Positions 51,347-63,011 of a stretch of 64,000 nucleotides of DNA are shown here, piece after piece; within the stretch, counting starts at the first letter, position 1; every line of letters begins with the position of its first letter. The translations under genes were made by a program, and so were the position numbers. This DNA comes from Chiloscyllium plagiosum. Its lineage: Eukaryota. Location: positions 9,091,306-9,155,305 of the forward strand of contig NC_057755.1 of the NCBI RefSeq assembly GCF_004010195.1, in the 5' to 3' direction. Below the pieces are notes generated by a model. The model had not been told where the DNA came from and ran no database searches. It saw only the letters and a list, made by a program, of their open reading frames with translations.

Positions 51347-53869
51347 GATAAATTCCATCCGGTCCAGGGGACTTATTTATTTTCACACTCTGCAGGATTT
51401 CTAATACCTCTTCCTTGTCAATCTCAATCACACCTGCTGTTGTAGTCTGTATCTTGGTATTCTCCTCGACAACATTGTCGTTTTCTGGAGTGAATAAAGT
51501 CGAATAATATTCGTTTAGAGCTTCCCCTATCACCTCTGGCTCCACACACAACTTCCCACTACTGTCTTTGATTGGCCCTATTCTTACTCTCATCATTCTT
51601 TTATTCCTTAAATACCTATAGAAAGCCTTAGCGTTTACCCTGATCCTGTCCGCCAACAACTTCGCATGTCTCCTCCTGGCTCTTCTGAGCTCACTCTTTA
51701 GGTCTTTCCGGGCCAACTAGTAACTGAGCCTTCACATTTAAGCCCAACATAAGCCTTCTTCTTCCTCCTGACCAGACATTCCACTGCCTTCGTAAATTAC
51801 GGCTCTTGTGCTGTACAGCTTCCTCCCTGCCTGACAGGTGCATACTTATCTAGGATACACAGGAGCTTTTCCATGAATAAGCTCCACATTTCTAATGTGT
51901 CTATCACCTGCAGTTTCCTTCCCCCTTCTATGTTTCCTAAATCTTGCCTAATCGCATTTAATTGCCTTTCTCCCAGCTGTAACTCTTGCCCAGTGGTATA
52001 CATCTATCCCTTTCTATCACTAAAGTAAACATAACAGAATTGCGATCGCTACCACCAAAGTGCTCACCTATTTCCAAGTCTAACACCTGGACTGGCTCCT
52101 TACACAGTACCAAATCTAATGTGGCTTCGCCTCTTGTTGGCCTGTCTACATACTGTTTCAGGAAGCCCTCCTGCACACACTGGACAAATACTGACCCATC
52201 TATAGTACTCGTACTATTGTGTTCCCAGTCTATATTTGGAAAGTTGAAGTCCCCCATGACAACTACCCTGTCTCTCTCACTCCTATCGAGAATCATCTTT
52301 GCTATCCTTTCATCTACATCAATGAAACTATTCTGAAGCCTACAGAAAACTCCCAACAGGATGACCTCTCCTTTCCTGTTTCTAACCTCAGCCCATACTA
52401 CCTCAGTTGACGAGTCCCCAAACATCCTTTCGGCAACTGAAATATTGCCTCGACCAAAAGTGCCCCCCCCCCCCCTTTTACCTTCTTCTCTGTTCTTATT
52501 GAAACATCTAAATCCTGGAACCTGCTGTATCCATGTCTCCGAAATGGCCACAACATCGATGTCCCAGGTACCAACCTAAGCTGCAAGTTCACCCACCTTA
52601 TTCCAGATGCTCCTGGCGTTGACGTAGAAACACTTCAAACCAACTTCTTACTTGCCGGTGCCATCTTGCCTCCCTGACACTTGATTTCAGACCTCCCTAC
52701 TCTCAACCATTCTATACTCGTACTACAATTTTGGTTCCCACCCGTCTGCTGGATTAGTTTAAACTCACACCAATAGCCTGAGCGAATTCCCCCCCCCCCC
52801 CCCCGCCCCGCCAGGATATTGGTCCTCACCTTGTTCAGATGAAGACCATCCTGCTTGTAGTGGACCAACCTACCCCAGAAAGAGCCCCAATTATCCAAGA
52901 ACCCAAAACCCTCCCTTACACACCATCCCTGTAGCCACGTGTTCAACTCCTCTCTCTCCCTATTCCTTGCCTCACTAGCACGTGGCACGGGCCACAAACC
53001 AGAGACAACAACTGTGTTCGTCCTAGCTCTAAGCTTCCATCCTAGCTCCCTGAATTTCTGCCTTAAATCCCCATCTCTCTTCCTACCTACGTCGTTGGTG
53101 CCTATGTGGACCAAGACTTGGGGCTGCTCCCCCTCCCCCTTAAGGATGCCAAAAACACGATCAGAGACATCACGATCCCTGGCACTTGGGAGTCAACACA
53201 CCAACCATGAGTCTCTCTCGTCCCCACAGAACCTCCTATTCGTCATCTTAACAGTGGAGTCCCCAATGACCACTGTTCTGATCCTCTTCCTCTGTCCCTT
53301 CTGAGCAGCAAGGACAGACTCTGTGCCAGAGCCCTGTGCCCCACTGCTTTCCCCTGGTAAATCGTTCCCTCAATAGAATCCAAAATGGTATATTTATTGA
53401 TGAGGGGAATAGCCACAGGGGATCCCTGCACTGCCTGCCTCTTCCATTTCCGTCCCCTGACTGTAACTCATCTGCCTTTTTCTTGAACCTTAGGAGTGAC
53501 GACCTCCCTGTAACTCCTCTCAATAACACCCAATCGTTAGCTCTGATGTTTCCAAAAATGTTACAAATGGCACAAAAAAGGACTGGAAACTGATGCCTGG
53601 AGCGAAACAGCTCTGGATTGCGAGCCCAACGGAATATCTCCTGCTTTCTATCACTTTTGACGTTATTGTGAACATTATCTTTTCCTCTGGATTGACAACT
53701 GAAACTTCACGTGCAGTTTTACAGAATCCTGAACCATGACATCCATGTGACAGCGAACGTGGTCAGAGAGAATAGTTAATTTTGATGCTAATGATCCGAA
53801 AGAATAGATAGCGATTTAACCAGAGGAAAAACCCTATCTTCTGTCACATTGAATTCGAAAGCACATGCA

Positions 53870-54450
53870 GGAGCAGGGGGATCTGGGTACATATGGACAC
53901 AGCTCATTGAAAGTGGCAGGGAACGTCCAGAGTTCAGAAGTAAATCACGCAGAGTTCTCATCTTGAAAAAGGGGCACAGAGTGCAAGAGAAATAATGCTA
54001 TGTTGAACTTATAAAATAAACTTGCTAAGTATTGTGTACAGGTACACGTGCTGTATTATAGGAAATATATGAATGCTTTGGAAAGAGCATAGTAGGCATT
54101 GACAAAAATGATGTCAGAAATGAGGAACTTCAATGATGTGGATGGATTGAAGAATCTGAGATTGTTCTTCTTGGAGAGAAGATCATTGAGCAGAGATCTG
54201 ATCGTGGTTTCCAAAATAGTGATTGGGCTAGAAATTCCAGATGGGAAGAAACTGTTTCCACTGGTAAAAGGAACAAGAAGAAGAGTGCAGAAATTAAAAC
54301 TAATCTGCTTAAGTAAGCAAGGGTGAAACCATCTGTCTCTGAATTTTCACAACATTTTCATTCACTGAAAATATGTTGGAGGCAAATCCAGTTGAGGCCT
54401 TCCCTTGGGCAATAGTTGAATTTTGTGGTGGAGATGTGGGGCGATAGAAG
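53870..54450 (+). mobile_element. Old CR1 3' fragment
   Basis: LKNLRLFFLERRSLSRDLIVVSKIV remnant. Confidence 0.7.
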
Positions 54451-55481
54451 AAGATTGCAACTTGATAATGTTGTTAATTTATTGGATCAGAGCCAACATG
54501 AAGAATCAAATAGCTCTCTTCAGTAATTCTCAAAAGGTCATGGCAATATTGGTATAAGAAGAGTTTTTGTAGTTAACAAACCAACAAGTCACAAATTGCA
54601 TAGTCATATGGGTCGATGTGCGGGACTGGTGATCTACCAAATAAATTTTAGGGACAGAAATCAATGTTGACACCTGAATGTATTAAAGTGTCTCAGCAAA
54701 AAACTTATGCGTCTCTATAGCTTGGAGAGAGTTTTAACAGAAAATGACATGCTGTTCCTCCAATTTGCAAAAACTTGACTGCTGCAATTTGTAGATAGCA
54801 AGCAAGCTCTCTTTCTCCATACTGGATGACGTTTACTAATGAAGTGCTGGTCATACCTGCCAGCTACAGTTGATCACATTTTGATTCCTGTGCACAAATC
54901 CTGAATGTAAAGAGTGAGCATCTGTCATCTCACAATCAATATCATTTCACAATGAATGCATTTCTGATCTTTTACAGGGGGTGCTCTTCGTTATAAGACA
55001 TGTTGATTTTTCATTGTCGTACTTCATTGTTTCTATCATTTTGGATAGGAGCTTTCAACTGCAAACTGAAAATTGACTTTGGGATGGCATAGTAGCTTGT
55101 TTACTTAAAAGAAGACGATAATGAACAAGCTTCTATTGGTTGCTGAGGCCAGCTCTGAAAGCTAAATGCAGTTTGTTTCTTGATGGAAAATGCTCTAAAG
55201 ATGCCTCTGCTCCAGATGGAACGTATGCTCAAGCAGATTGTAGATGTTGAATGAAAACTGGGTCGCGCAGCAAGGCAATAAATCTAGCAAGGAGAGGCTA
55301 GAATTTTCTGATTATTGAATTCTGTTTGTGTTGGAAAGCTTCACGACAGAGGTTTAATTTCATAGTCTCATAGAGATGTACAACTTGGAAACAGAACATT
55401 CGTTCCAAATCCTCCAAGCCGACGAGATAAACCAAAATTAATCTCGTCCAATTTGCCATCACTTGGCCCAATTCTCATTAA

Positions 55482-55604
55482 GGAAGAAGGGCTTATGCCC
55501 GAAACGTCGATTCTCCTGTTCCCTGGATGCTGCCTGACCTTCTGCGCTTTTCCAGCAACACATCTCCGGCTCTGATCTCCAGCATCTGCAGACCTCACTT
55601 TCTC
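55482..55604 (+). mobile_element. Single-arm (123 bp) copy of the hammerhead-type element with a 15-bp TSD
   Basis: TSD cccaattctcattaa at 55467-55481 and 55605-55619. The 5' end is truncated within the CTGAAGA core. Confidence 0.88.
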
Positions 55605-56478
55605 CCCAATTCTCATTAAAACTTTCCCATTCATGTATCCATTCAGATGTCTTTGAAATGAAGTAAATGTAATTTCCTACTTGAACTCTTATCAGTTTCT
55701 GGAAATTTCAGGAAATAGAATGTCAATTTTGCAAATACTTCATATTTCTCGAAGCCTACTGGAAGCTGTCTGTATGGATCAGTGTCAGCAGAACCAATTG
55801 CCTGTGATGCTGTGGAACATAATAACTGCTCAATTAAACTTTTCAACTACATCTCCGATTATTTTTTCCTCTTGATTTACCGCTTAACAGCATCGATTTC
55901 TCTGTCTACCTTTTACGGAGAGACGGGATGAGAGTTAAAGGGCATTGAGTTAATTCATAGACGAGAGTTGGAATAATTTATTCCTTAACGTCGCCCTCCT
56001 AAGGTTATGGTTCTGACAAAAGAAAGTCAAATCTTTTGTTTGTGTTATAAAATCGGAATGTGATCACAGTTATTCATAAAAGCTGGCACTGGTTATTTAA
56101 GAAGTTTTTTACGAACCACTGATGTAGAGTTTAATGGTTGTTGGGTATGTCAATTGGATTGTGTTGTTACCATATGATTTAGCTGTCAGTCTCCATGTCA
56201 TAACAGCTGTAACATAATGATAAGACAACAGTTCTTGAAAATATTGGTCCAGGTAATCGTGGAAAGCACTTTACTCGAGGATACTGGAAACAAGCCAACT
56301 TTCGGTCGCTCTGTTCTTGATTATTAAGAATATTGTTATTCCATAATGCGATTTCTAACACCTTAATACGTATAAAAATAAAAACGTCAATAGAGATGAG
56401 ACTCAGTGACAAACCTTTTGATAATTTCGTCAGAACATTTTCAGATTTTTGGTTTTCAAGTTTTCATCTTACTTCCAG

Positions 56479-57600
56479 CAGACCTGGTGATGATGATAAG
56501 AAACCTTTGAGGAGAAAGTGAGGTCTGCAGATGCTGGAGATCAGAGATGGAAATGTGTTGCTGGAAAAGCGCAGCAGGTCAGGCAGCATCTAGGGAACAG
56601 GAGAATCGATGTTTCGGGCATTAGCCCGAAGGTTTCCTGAAGAAGGGCTAATGCCCGAAACATCGATTCTCCTGTTCCCTAGATGCTGCCTGACCTGCTG
56701 CGCTTTTCCAGCAACACATTTCCATCATTGGTGATGATGATAATTCTGTCCAGAAGAAGCTGCAGAATTTTTGAATGCACCTCTGCCTACATGGGGGCCA
56801 TGGCAACTGGAGGTCTTCTGATCTTGATCTTCAAATGAACTGTGCATCACATTTTCAGTTTTCACTTCAAAACATTTCTTCTTCTCCTCCACTGGAGTTT
56901 GCATGGTTGTCAATTTCATGAAGTCAGTAAGCCAGGTAATGGTAGTGCGGTTCACTGCCATGTTCACATTTGATCGATATGCAGCTAGTTGTTGTAAAAA
57001 GCTGAAAACAAAGCATTGCAAAGTGAGGGCCTTTTTAATGATCACTAAGGCCTTTTGGTTTGCATATGAACAAATAACTGGTAATTTTCAATAAGATTAT
57101 CGCGCTAAGTTGAACATTTTCACTAAGCCACTATGTGTAGAATTCTCCTGATTATAAAATATTTTAGTCCCTTGGATTCCCTTGGCTTTGATACCCTTAT
57201 TTAATTGTTTGATATTTAGATTTTCTTTTCTTAGCCAACAGAGCTCACAGGGCCATGTGTGGAAGCAATAGTGTGAATCAAAATACCCAGAATTGGAGAG
57301 TCTAACGGAGTGCATAGTCATCCTGAACACTATGAAAGGTAGTGCTGTTCTTCTGCAGCTAACGTATCTGCCAGATTTTCATATACTAGAATAACAAACA
57401 CCGCACATTCTCAAGGTGATTATACACCTTCAGCCGCCATTGCCAGTGAAACTGTTTGCATACTCATGCATTTCACTTCGTGTACAAATGAGAGTATTTA
57501 TGCAGGAACATGAAAAACATTCAGAGAAGAACTCAAAAATGAATTACAGACATCGCCTTGGTCAAACCTTCAGATATTGGTATATGGAAAAGAAATGTGA
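56479..57600 (+). pseudogene. GPR139-like pseudogene exon 2, subfamily A (paralogue of 948-1861), interrupted by a palindromic element
   Basis: Acceptor ttccag|CA GAC CTG. Colinear with gene 1 (gccatggcaac, cactggagtttg, tttgatcg, gctgaaaacaaag, ttttggtttgcatatga) with stops and deletions. Confidence 0.88.
56500..56728. mobile_element. Young palindromic hammerhead-type element (82-bp perfect inverted arms, 15-bp TSD)
   Basis: Arms at 56546-56627 and 56645-56726. TSD tggtgatgatgataa at 56485-56499 and 56729-56743. Core CTGAAGA at 56637. Confidence 0.9.
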
Positions 57601-57694
57601 AAAAAAATCTGCAATCTTGATTTCTCTTGCTCCAGAAAGTTCGCATCCTGAGAACTAATTCTCAAAGAACTTACTTTCTTCATCTTTTAACTGT

Positions 57695-58040
57695 AAGTGA
57701 GGTGATGGTCAATTGGTACTATTTCTAGAATATGAATTCTGCGAATGTTCTGGGGAGCCGATCAAATCCAGCCATGACATATTGTGGAATTTACATTAAT
57801 CAAAAGTGTGCAATAGTAAGTTTAAGCCAGAACACCGTCGTCAATTGTCAGGAAAGAAAATAAAAACACTTTATTCTCTAACATTCTTTAGGAAATGAAA
57901 ATATGCTTAAAGGCTTGTCTGAAATTCATTTGACTTCAGACACGATAATATGTTGAATCGTAACTGCACTTTGGGCACTGTGGCATGGGTAATAACTTTT
58001 GATCTGTCCAGTGACGCCCACATCTTGTGAATGAATAAAC
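57695..58040 (+). mobile_element. Degenerate Deu-type SINE
   Basis: tRNA-like head with tcaaatcc B-box and terminal gacgcccacatcttgtgaatgaataaa. Confidence 0.55.
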
Positions 58041-59419
58041 GAATGTAATCTGAACACTTCATTAAAAAATAATGATAATTGCTCTATTGTGTCCTCCGTT
58101 TACTGAAAGCTGATACATGACATCCTTGTATGAAACAAAATAAAACGTTTATTAAAGTGTTTGTTCACCAACCAAATCAACCAGACATGCAGTTGAAAGA
58201 TTCTACACCAAGACACCAAGGCCATCTGATTGTCAGATGGGCAATGAATGCAATTTATTATATCTCCTTACCATACTGCATTTCCAAATGACCTCCAAGC
58301 AGGTAAAAATGTCATAAGAACACATGTGGCAGTGTTCTGCAACAAAAGTTAACTAACAGCGGTGCTGCTGAACAAAGCAGAATATTGATACTATATTTCT
58401 TCCCAACTTACTCTGAATACACTGGTAAACAAGTACGTCGAGGTTTATGGATTATAAGCGCCAATTCACCATGGTCAGCTCTACCAGGTAAATGGAATTT
58501 GTAGGAAAGCTGCACTATGTAACAGCGAGTGTGAAGGATATGCTTCCAGGGTGAATGGCCCATTTCAATGAAGCCCTGACTATCACTGATTAATCAGGTG
58601 GTAGATAGAAACGTTCAAGGGAAGACGTAATCCTCAAACTCCTGATGTAAGGCGTGCACAGGAACAGTACTCACGGGTTTACTGACCCGCAGACTGGTTC
58701 ATGTATGGTTCATGTGTGAAACAAAATTCCAACATAACTGCTGGATGCATGCGAAATAAAACTGATCGAAAGGCATTTGAATAAAGAACACATTTTAATT
58801 GATATGGTTCAGATGCAGGCATGCATGTCTAGTTTCGTTTGAAATCATGATCGGTACAGAATATTTGAACCAAATGTTGGGTATGATTCTACAAATACTT
58901 CTACGTCTGCCTTCAGTGAGCAGTCTTCTTCCAGTTAAGAGAACGCAATTGAAATTTTGTTAGCACATGATGACACAATATACAGAGATCTGCAGTCCAA
59001 AACATATCTAAATTCTCCCAATCCAGCAAGCAACTAATTGCCTGTTCTGTCTTTTACCAACTTCCCCTTTCATGGTTCTCAGTTTATTTCTGGAACTTCT
59101 TGGCTGTTCTCGGCCACAGTGGTGTGCACAGATCTTCAGTGGAATTTTACTCCGACCATTTTATTATGAATACAGAAGTCCCTTTTGAAACTTTGCAGTC
59201 CAATTCAACTTTACGCTCCGATCTACCATTGGACACGGATGTGATTAGTGTTTATTTTCTCTCGGAGCGTTGAGATGGCTCGGTAAATGTCCTCCTCTAA
59301 TTGTTAGGCTAGCCCACAATCAATATATTCATGGTTTAGATCAATTGACTATTGATTCATACAGTCATGAATGAATGTCCGTGAGTTGTTGTGGGCAATT
59401 GGGAAAGAGCCAAATTGAA

Positions 59420-59600
59420 CTGTGCATCCGAGGAGCAGGAAAACCGACGTTTCCAGCGAATCTGTTCATCAGGAATGAGGCTGGGAGCCTCGGGTTGGAG
59501 AGATAAATGGGAGGGGGTGGGGCTTTGGCTTTTGCCCAAAATATCGATTTTCCTGGTCCTCTGATGCTGCCTGACCTGCTATGCTTTCCCAGCAACACTA
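59420..59600. mobile_element. Older palindromic Penelope pLTR-derived element with extra upstream pLTR sequence
   Basis: The minus arm reads ...cagcctcattc-CTGATGA...GAAACGTC; the plus arm contains gatgctgcctgacctgctatgctttcccagca. Confidence 0.7.
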
Positions 59601-59609
59601 ATTTTAGCA

Positions 59610-60470
59610 CCAATAAGTAAGTTTACAGACCAAGAAGATACAGTCAGTGAGTAACAACTCATGGAAACAGCTGCTTCTGTCCAGCTGGACCACACTTACC
59701 ATGTTCGCAAACAGAACTAGTCCCACTTGTCACTTTTTGGCCGATATCCCTTCAATTATTCAAACTCACGCATTGATTCAAATGTCTTCCAGAAATTATA
59801 ACCGTGCCTACATCCATCACTTCTTCTGGCAGTTCATACCACAGACAAATCACTCTCTGGGGAAAAAAAAAAACCGTTCCCCCTCAATTTCTTCTTAAAA
59901 CGTTCTCCTCTCGCTTTAAAAGTATTTTCCTGAGTTTTGAACTCATCCACTCCAGGGAAATAACCCTCGCTCATCTATGCCCCTCAGGATTCTATAAACC
60001 TCCATTGTGCAACCATGCAAATTCTGGTACCTATCCAACTGATTTTTATAACTCAAAGCCACCAGTCCCGGCAACACCCTGGTAACTCTTTTCTGATCCC
60101 TCTTCAATTTTATAATACCCTTCTTACAACAGGACAGCCAGACTGCACACAGTACGACAAAAAAGTACTGGAGTAATTAGACAATATATCCCAACTGCTA
60201 TACTCAAAGTTCAAAAGTCTGAGCAACACAGGTAAGCCTGCTAAACGCCTCCGTAATCACCCTATCGACCTGTGACACTTACTTCAACAAATTATAGACC
60301 TGAAACCCCGGTCTGTCTGTGCTACCACAGTATCCAGGGCAGAAACATTAATTGTTAAAGTTCCTCCCTTGTTTGTTTTCTAAAAGTCATTACCTCGCAT
60401 TGATCCAAACAAAACTCATTGGACACTCCTCAGCCCATAGGTACAATTACTCAATATGTCTCTGTAATTC
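59610..60470 (-). mobile_element. Old CR1 3' fragment
   Basis: Decayed CR1 RT and 3' UTR (ggcaacaccctggtaactcttttctg, ccagactgcacacagtac). Confidence 0.7.
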
Positions 60471-61615
60471 AATTCAACAACAATTTGAATAATGTGTCTT
60501 CATGCACTTGATAACAACAAAAGCTAAGTTTGTAAGCTTTTGTTGTGAGAAGCTTGCACTCAGTTTTATCAGAACAGAGATGGCTATTCTCGCATCTCAG
60601 CGATGCACCAGCAGATGTTTTCCCCTACTCACTGATAATCTACCTATTCACGTTGTCGTTGTTTCACTGAGTTGATAATTGTGCAGAGGTGACCAATGTT
60701 GGAAGTTTGAAATCTGCGTCAGATGATTGATATGATAGATGCAGAAATGATGTTTCCTTACGTGGTGCGATCGAGAATGAGGGGCCTTTTTTTAGGATGC
60801 GCGGGAGCAGATTACAAACAGATATGGTGGGATTTACCTACCTCCAAATTCTGTGAAACTGTGGAATTCCCCGCCCCAGTGCACCGTGGAAACCAGAACT
60901 TTGAATAAACCAAAGGAAACAGATAAACAGATTTCACTTGCTTTGCTGGGTATGACAGCAATGTATATTGATAACGATTCCTACGAATTTCATCCCAGCC
61001 TGTAAGTGTACACTCCCTGCATATGTCTTGTAGGCGCATATTCATTTAGCAAAAATAGCTTATGTCAGCGAGATGCATCAATCCCACATGTATCTTCGCT
61101 GGTAGTTCTCTTCATTGATCTTTGCAAATTTGCATCAACTACTGATCTGCCTATTCTTTGACACATTTCTGACGTTTTTGAGATCTTGGAAATAAATATC
61201 AGCTATGTGTTAGTATCTAAAATCCGCATTACACTTCAGAAGAATTTAGATGTAAAATGTGCTGCCAAGGCGTGAACGTAAATTGACGACAAGCTGGAAA
61301 CTGATTAGATGAGATAGTGCTTTTTATTGACGGGTTAAGACTTCGATTTTTTAAAAGAGCCTTTCTCTATTCTGTACTCCTCTCTGACTCTATGACATTC
61401 ACTGATACTTTCGAGATCCGAGGTTGAATATAATCTCAGGAAAACTTGTCTTTTGAGGTGAGGCAACGTTGCTAATTACAACAACATGATAGGAGATCGG
61501 GAACTTGCGGGTTTTAGTGTTTACATCTATCCCTTAGTGTACAACTCACGTTTAATTTGTGTTTTGAACCTTTTAATAAATAAGTGAGTTTTGCTCTCCT
61601 CTACCTTTCTTACAG

Positions 61616-62568
61616 CAAACATGATGATAATTGTGGTTCTTGTGCGAGGAAACTGTGGCCTCTCTAAATGTATCTCTGTCTACATGATTGCCATGGCAAC
61701 AGCAGACCTACTGGTTATAACCAATAATATAATAGTTTATAACATTCTTATGTATCACTTTCCATTGTCTTTTCTGTCTCATACGCATAATTGTAAGTTT
61801 AATTTGTACATGGTTTGTGTTTTGCTCAATTTATCAGTCTGGTTCACAGTCGCCTTCACTTTTGATCGTTTTGTCGTTATCTGTTGTCCAAATTTTAAGA
61901 CCACTTATTGCACTGTGAGAATTTCGGTGACAGTTCTAACGGTGATCTGTGTCCTTCTCTTTATCAAGGATACCCCCATTTTCTTTGCATATGAACATGA
62001 ACACGTTATTAACAACGTGAAATGGAACTGCCAGTCAAGTGTGGCATTCATTTCCTCAATTGCAGGAGTAGTGTACATCTGGTTTCTCAGCATCTGTTCT
62101 GTTTGGTTTCCTTTCATTTTAATTGCCTTGTTTAATTCATTGACAATCAGACATATGCTAGTGACCACTAAAGCTCGAAGAAGGCTTTGGAGTCACACAA
62201 TTGACAAGCAGTGTGATCCTGAGGTGAAGAATCGAATGAAATCTATTGCTTTACTCTTTGCGATCTCGGGAAGTTTCATTCTGTTGTGGACGACAACTGT
62301 GATAACGCTTGTAATGACCAGACTGTCAAATCCCAATTTTTACCGAGGAGACCTTGGAAATCCAGCATATATCGCCATTGAAACTGGAGCCATGCTGAGG
62401 TATTTGAGCTCCTGTTCAAACACGTGCATCTATACAGTGACCCAGAGGAAATTCAGAGAAGAACTTGTGGATCTGTTCCAATCGCCCTTTGAAATCATTG
62501 TAAAATGTTTGAAAATTAATGGAAGATCATTGAGAACGCACGTTGGCATTAGGATTCAGGTTCAGTGA
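61616..62568 (+). CDS. GPR139/GPR142-like GPCR, large coding exon 2 (subfamily B); exon 1 not located
   Basis: Acceptor tttcttacag|CA AAC ATG at 61615/61616. Uninterrupted frame to TGA at 62568, highly similar to 22788-23704. Confidence 0.88.
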
Positions 62569-63011
62569 TGCTTTGTATGATAATGGGACTCTCTTGGTAT
62601 ATCTGCACAGAGATGTTTTTTTGGTGAGAATACAAATCAGTGTTCCTTGCACTTAATGCATTGTCCTGTATTTGATTTTCCTTCGTATAATTGGCGAATG
62701 GTGATATTTCCTCTCCGTTTGTAAATTGTTTCATACTTGTTCCAATATGGCAACATCTCATTAATGCACCCTTGGCACAGGACAATTCAGAAATATACTT
62801 TGCCTCACAATTCTAGCAGCAGCAAGGGAACCTCAGCTTTTGTTTGAAAGAAAGACAGTTATAAGAACTTGCACCATCTCGCTTCAAGACCCCAGCAACT
62901 GCAATAAGCTAAAACTAAAGATTCAAAATAGATTGTCCATAAGCAGAAGCATGGAGTGAGTGAAGATCGGTTCTGACCTCGATAAATGACAGAGCAGGCT
63001 CATGCGATTGA

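Larger units (their letters stand above)
49578..53530 (-). mobile_element. Near-full-length CR1 LINE (ORF1 esterase, ORF2 EN-RT, tail), frameshifted
   Basis: VHIGTND...DGLHLN, VVVMGDFNFP, GVPQGSVLSP, RPHLEYCVHFWSP; tail agaacatagaaca at the left end. Confidence 0.94.

Noticed and set aside
52789..52812. Poly-C/poly-G tracts (also 3745-3765 and 6466-6486) as G-quadruplex elements
   Set aside because: They are homopolymer expansions inside CR1 copies and error-prone in sequencing.
51115..56728. Palindromic repeats as CRISPR arrays, terminators or DNA-transposon MITEs
   Set aside because: The context is eukaryotic with no repeat-spacer periodicity. Long 15-16 bp TSDs, variable ends and a single-arm copy point to retrotransposition.
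58360..58430. ctgctgaacaaagcagaatattgatac as a candidate exon 1 for gene 4
   Set aside because: It resembles exon 1 only loosely, the frame matching exon 1 hits a TGA stop, and there is no usable ATG.
61591..61615. ORF-track starts at 953, 23714, 41031 and 61591
   Set aside because: These are non-ATG starts at or just inside splice acceptors, not true initiation sites.
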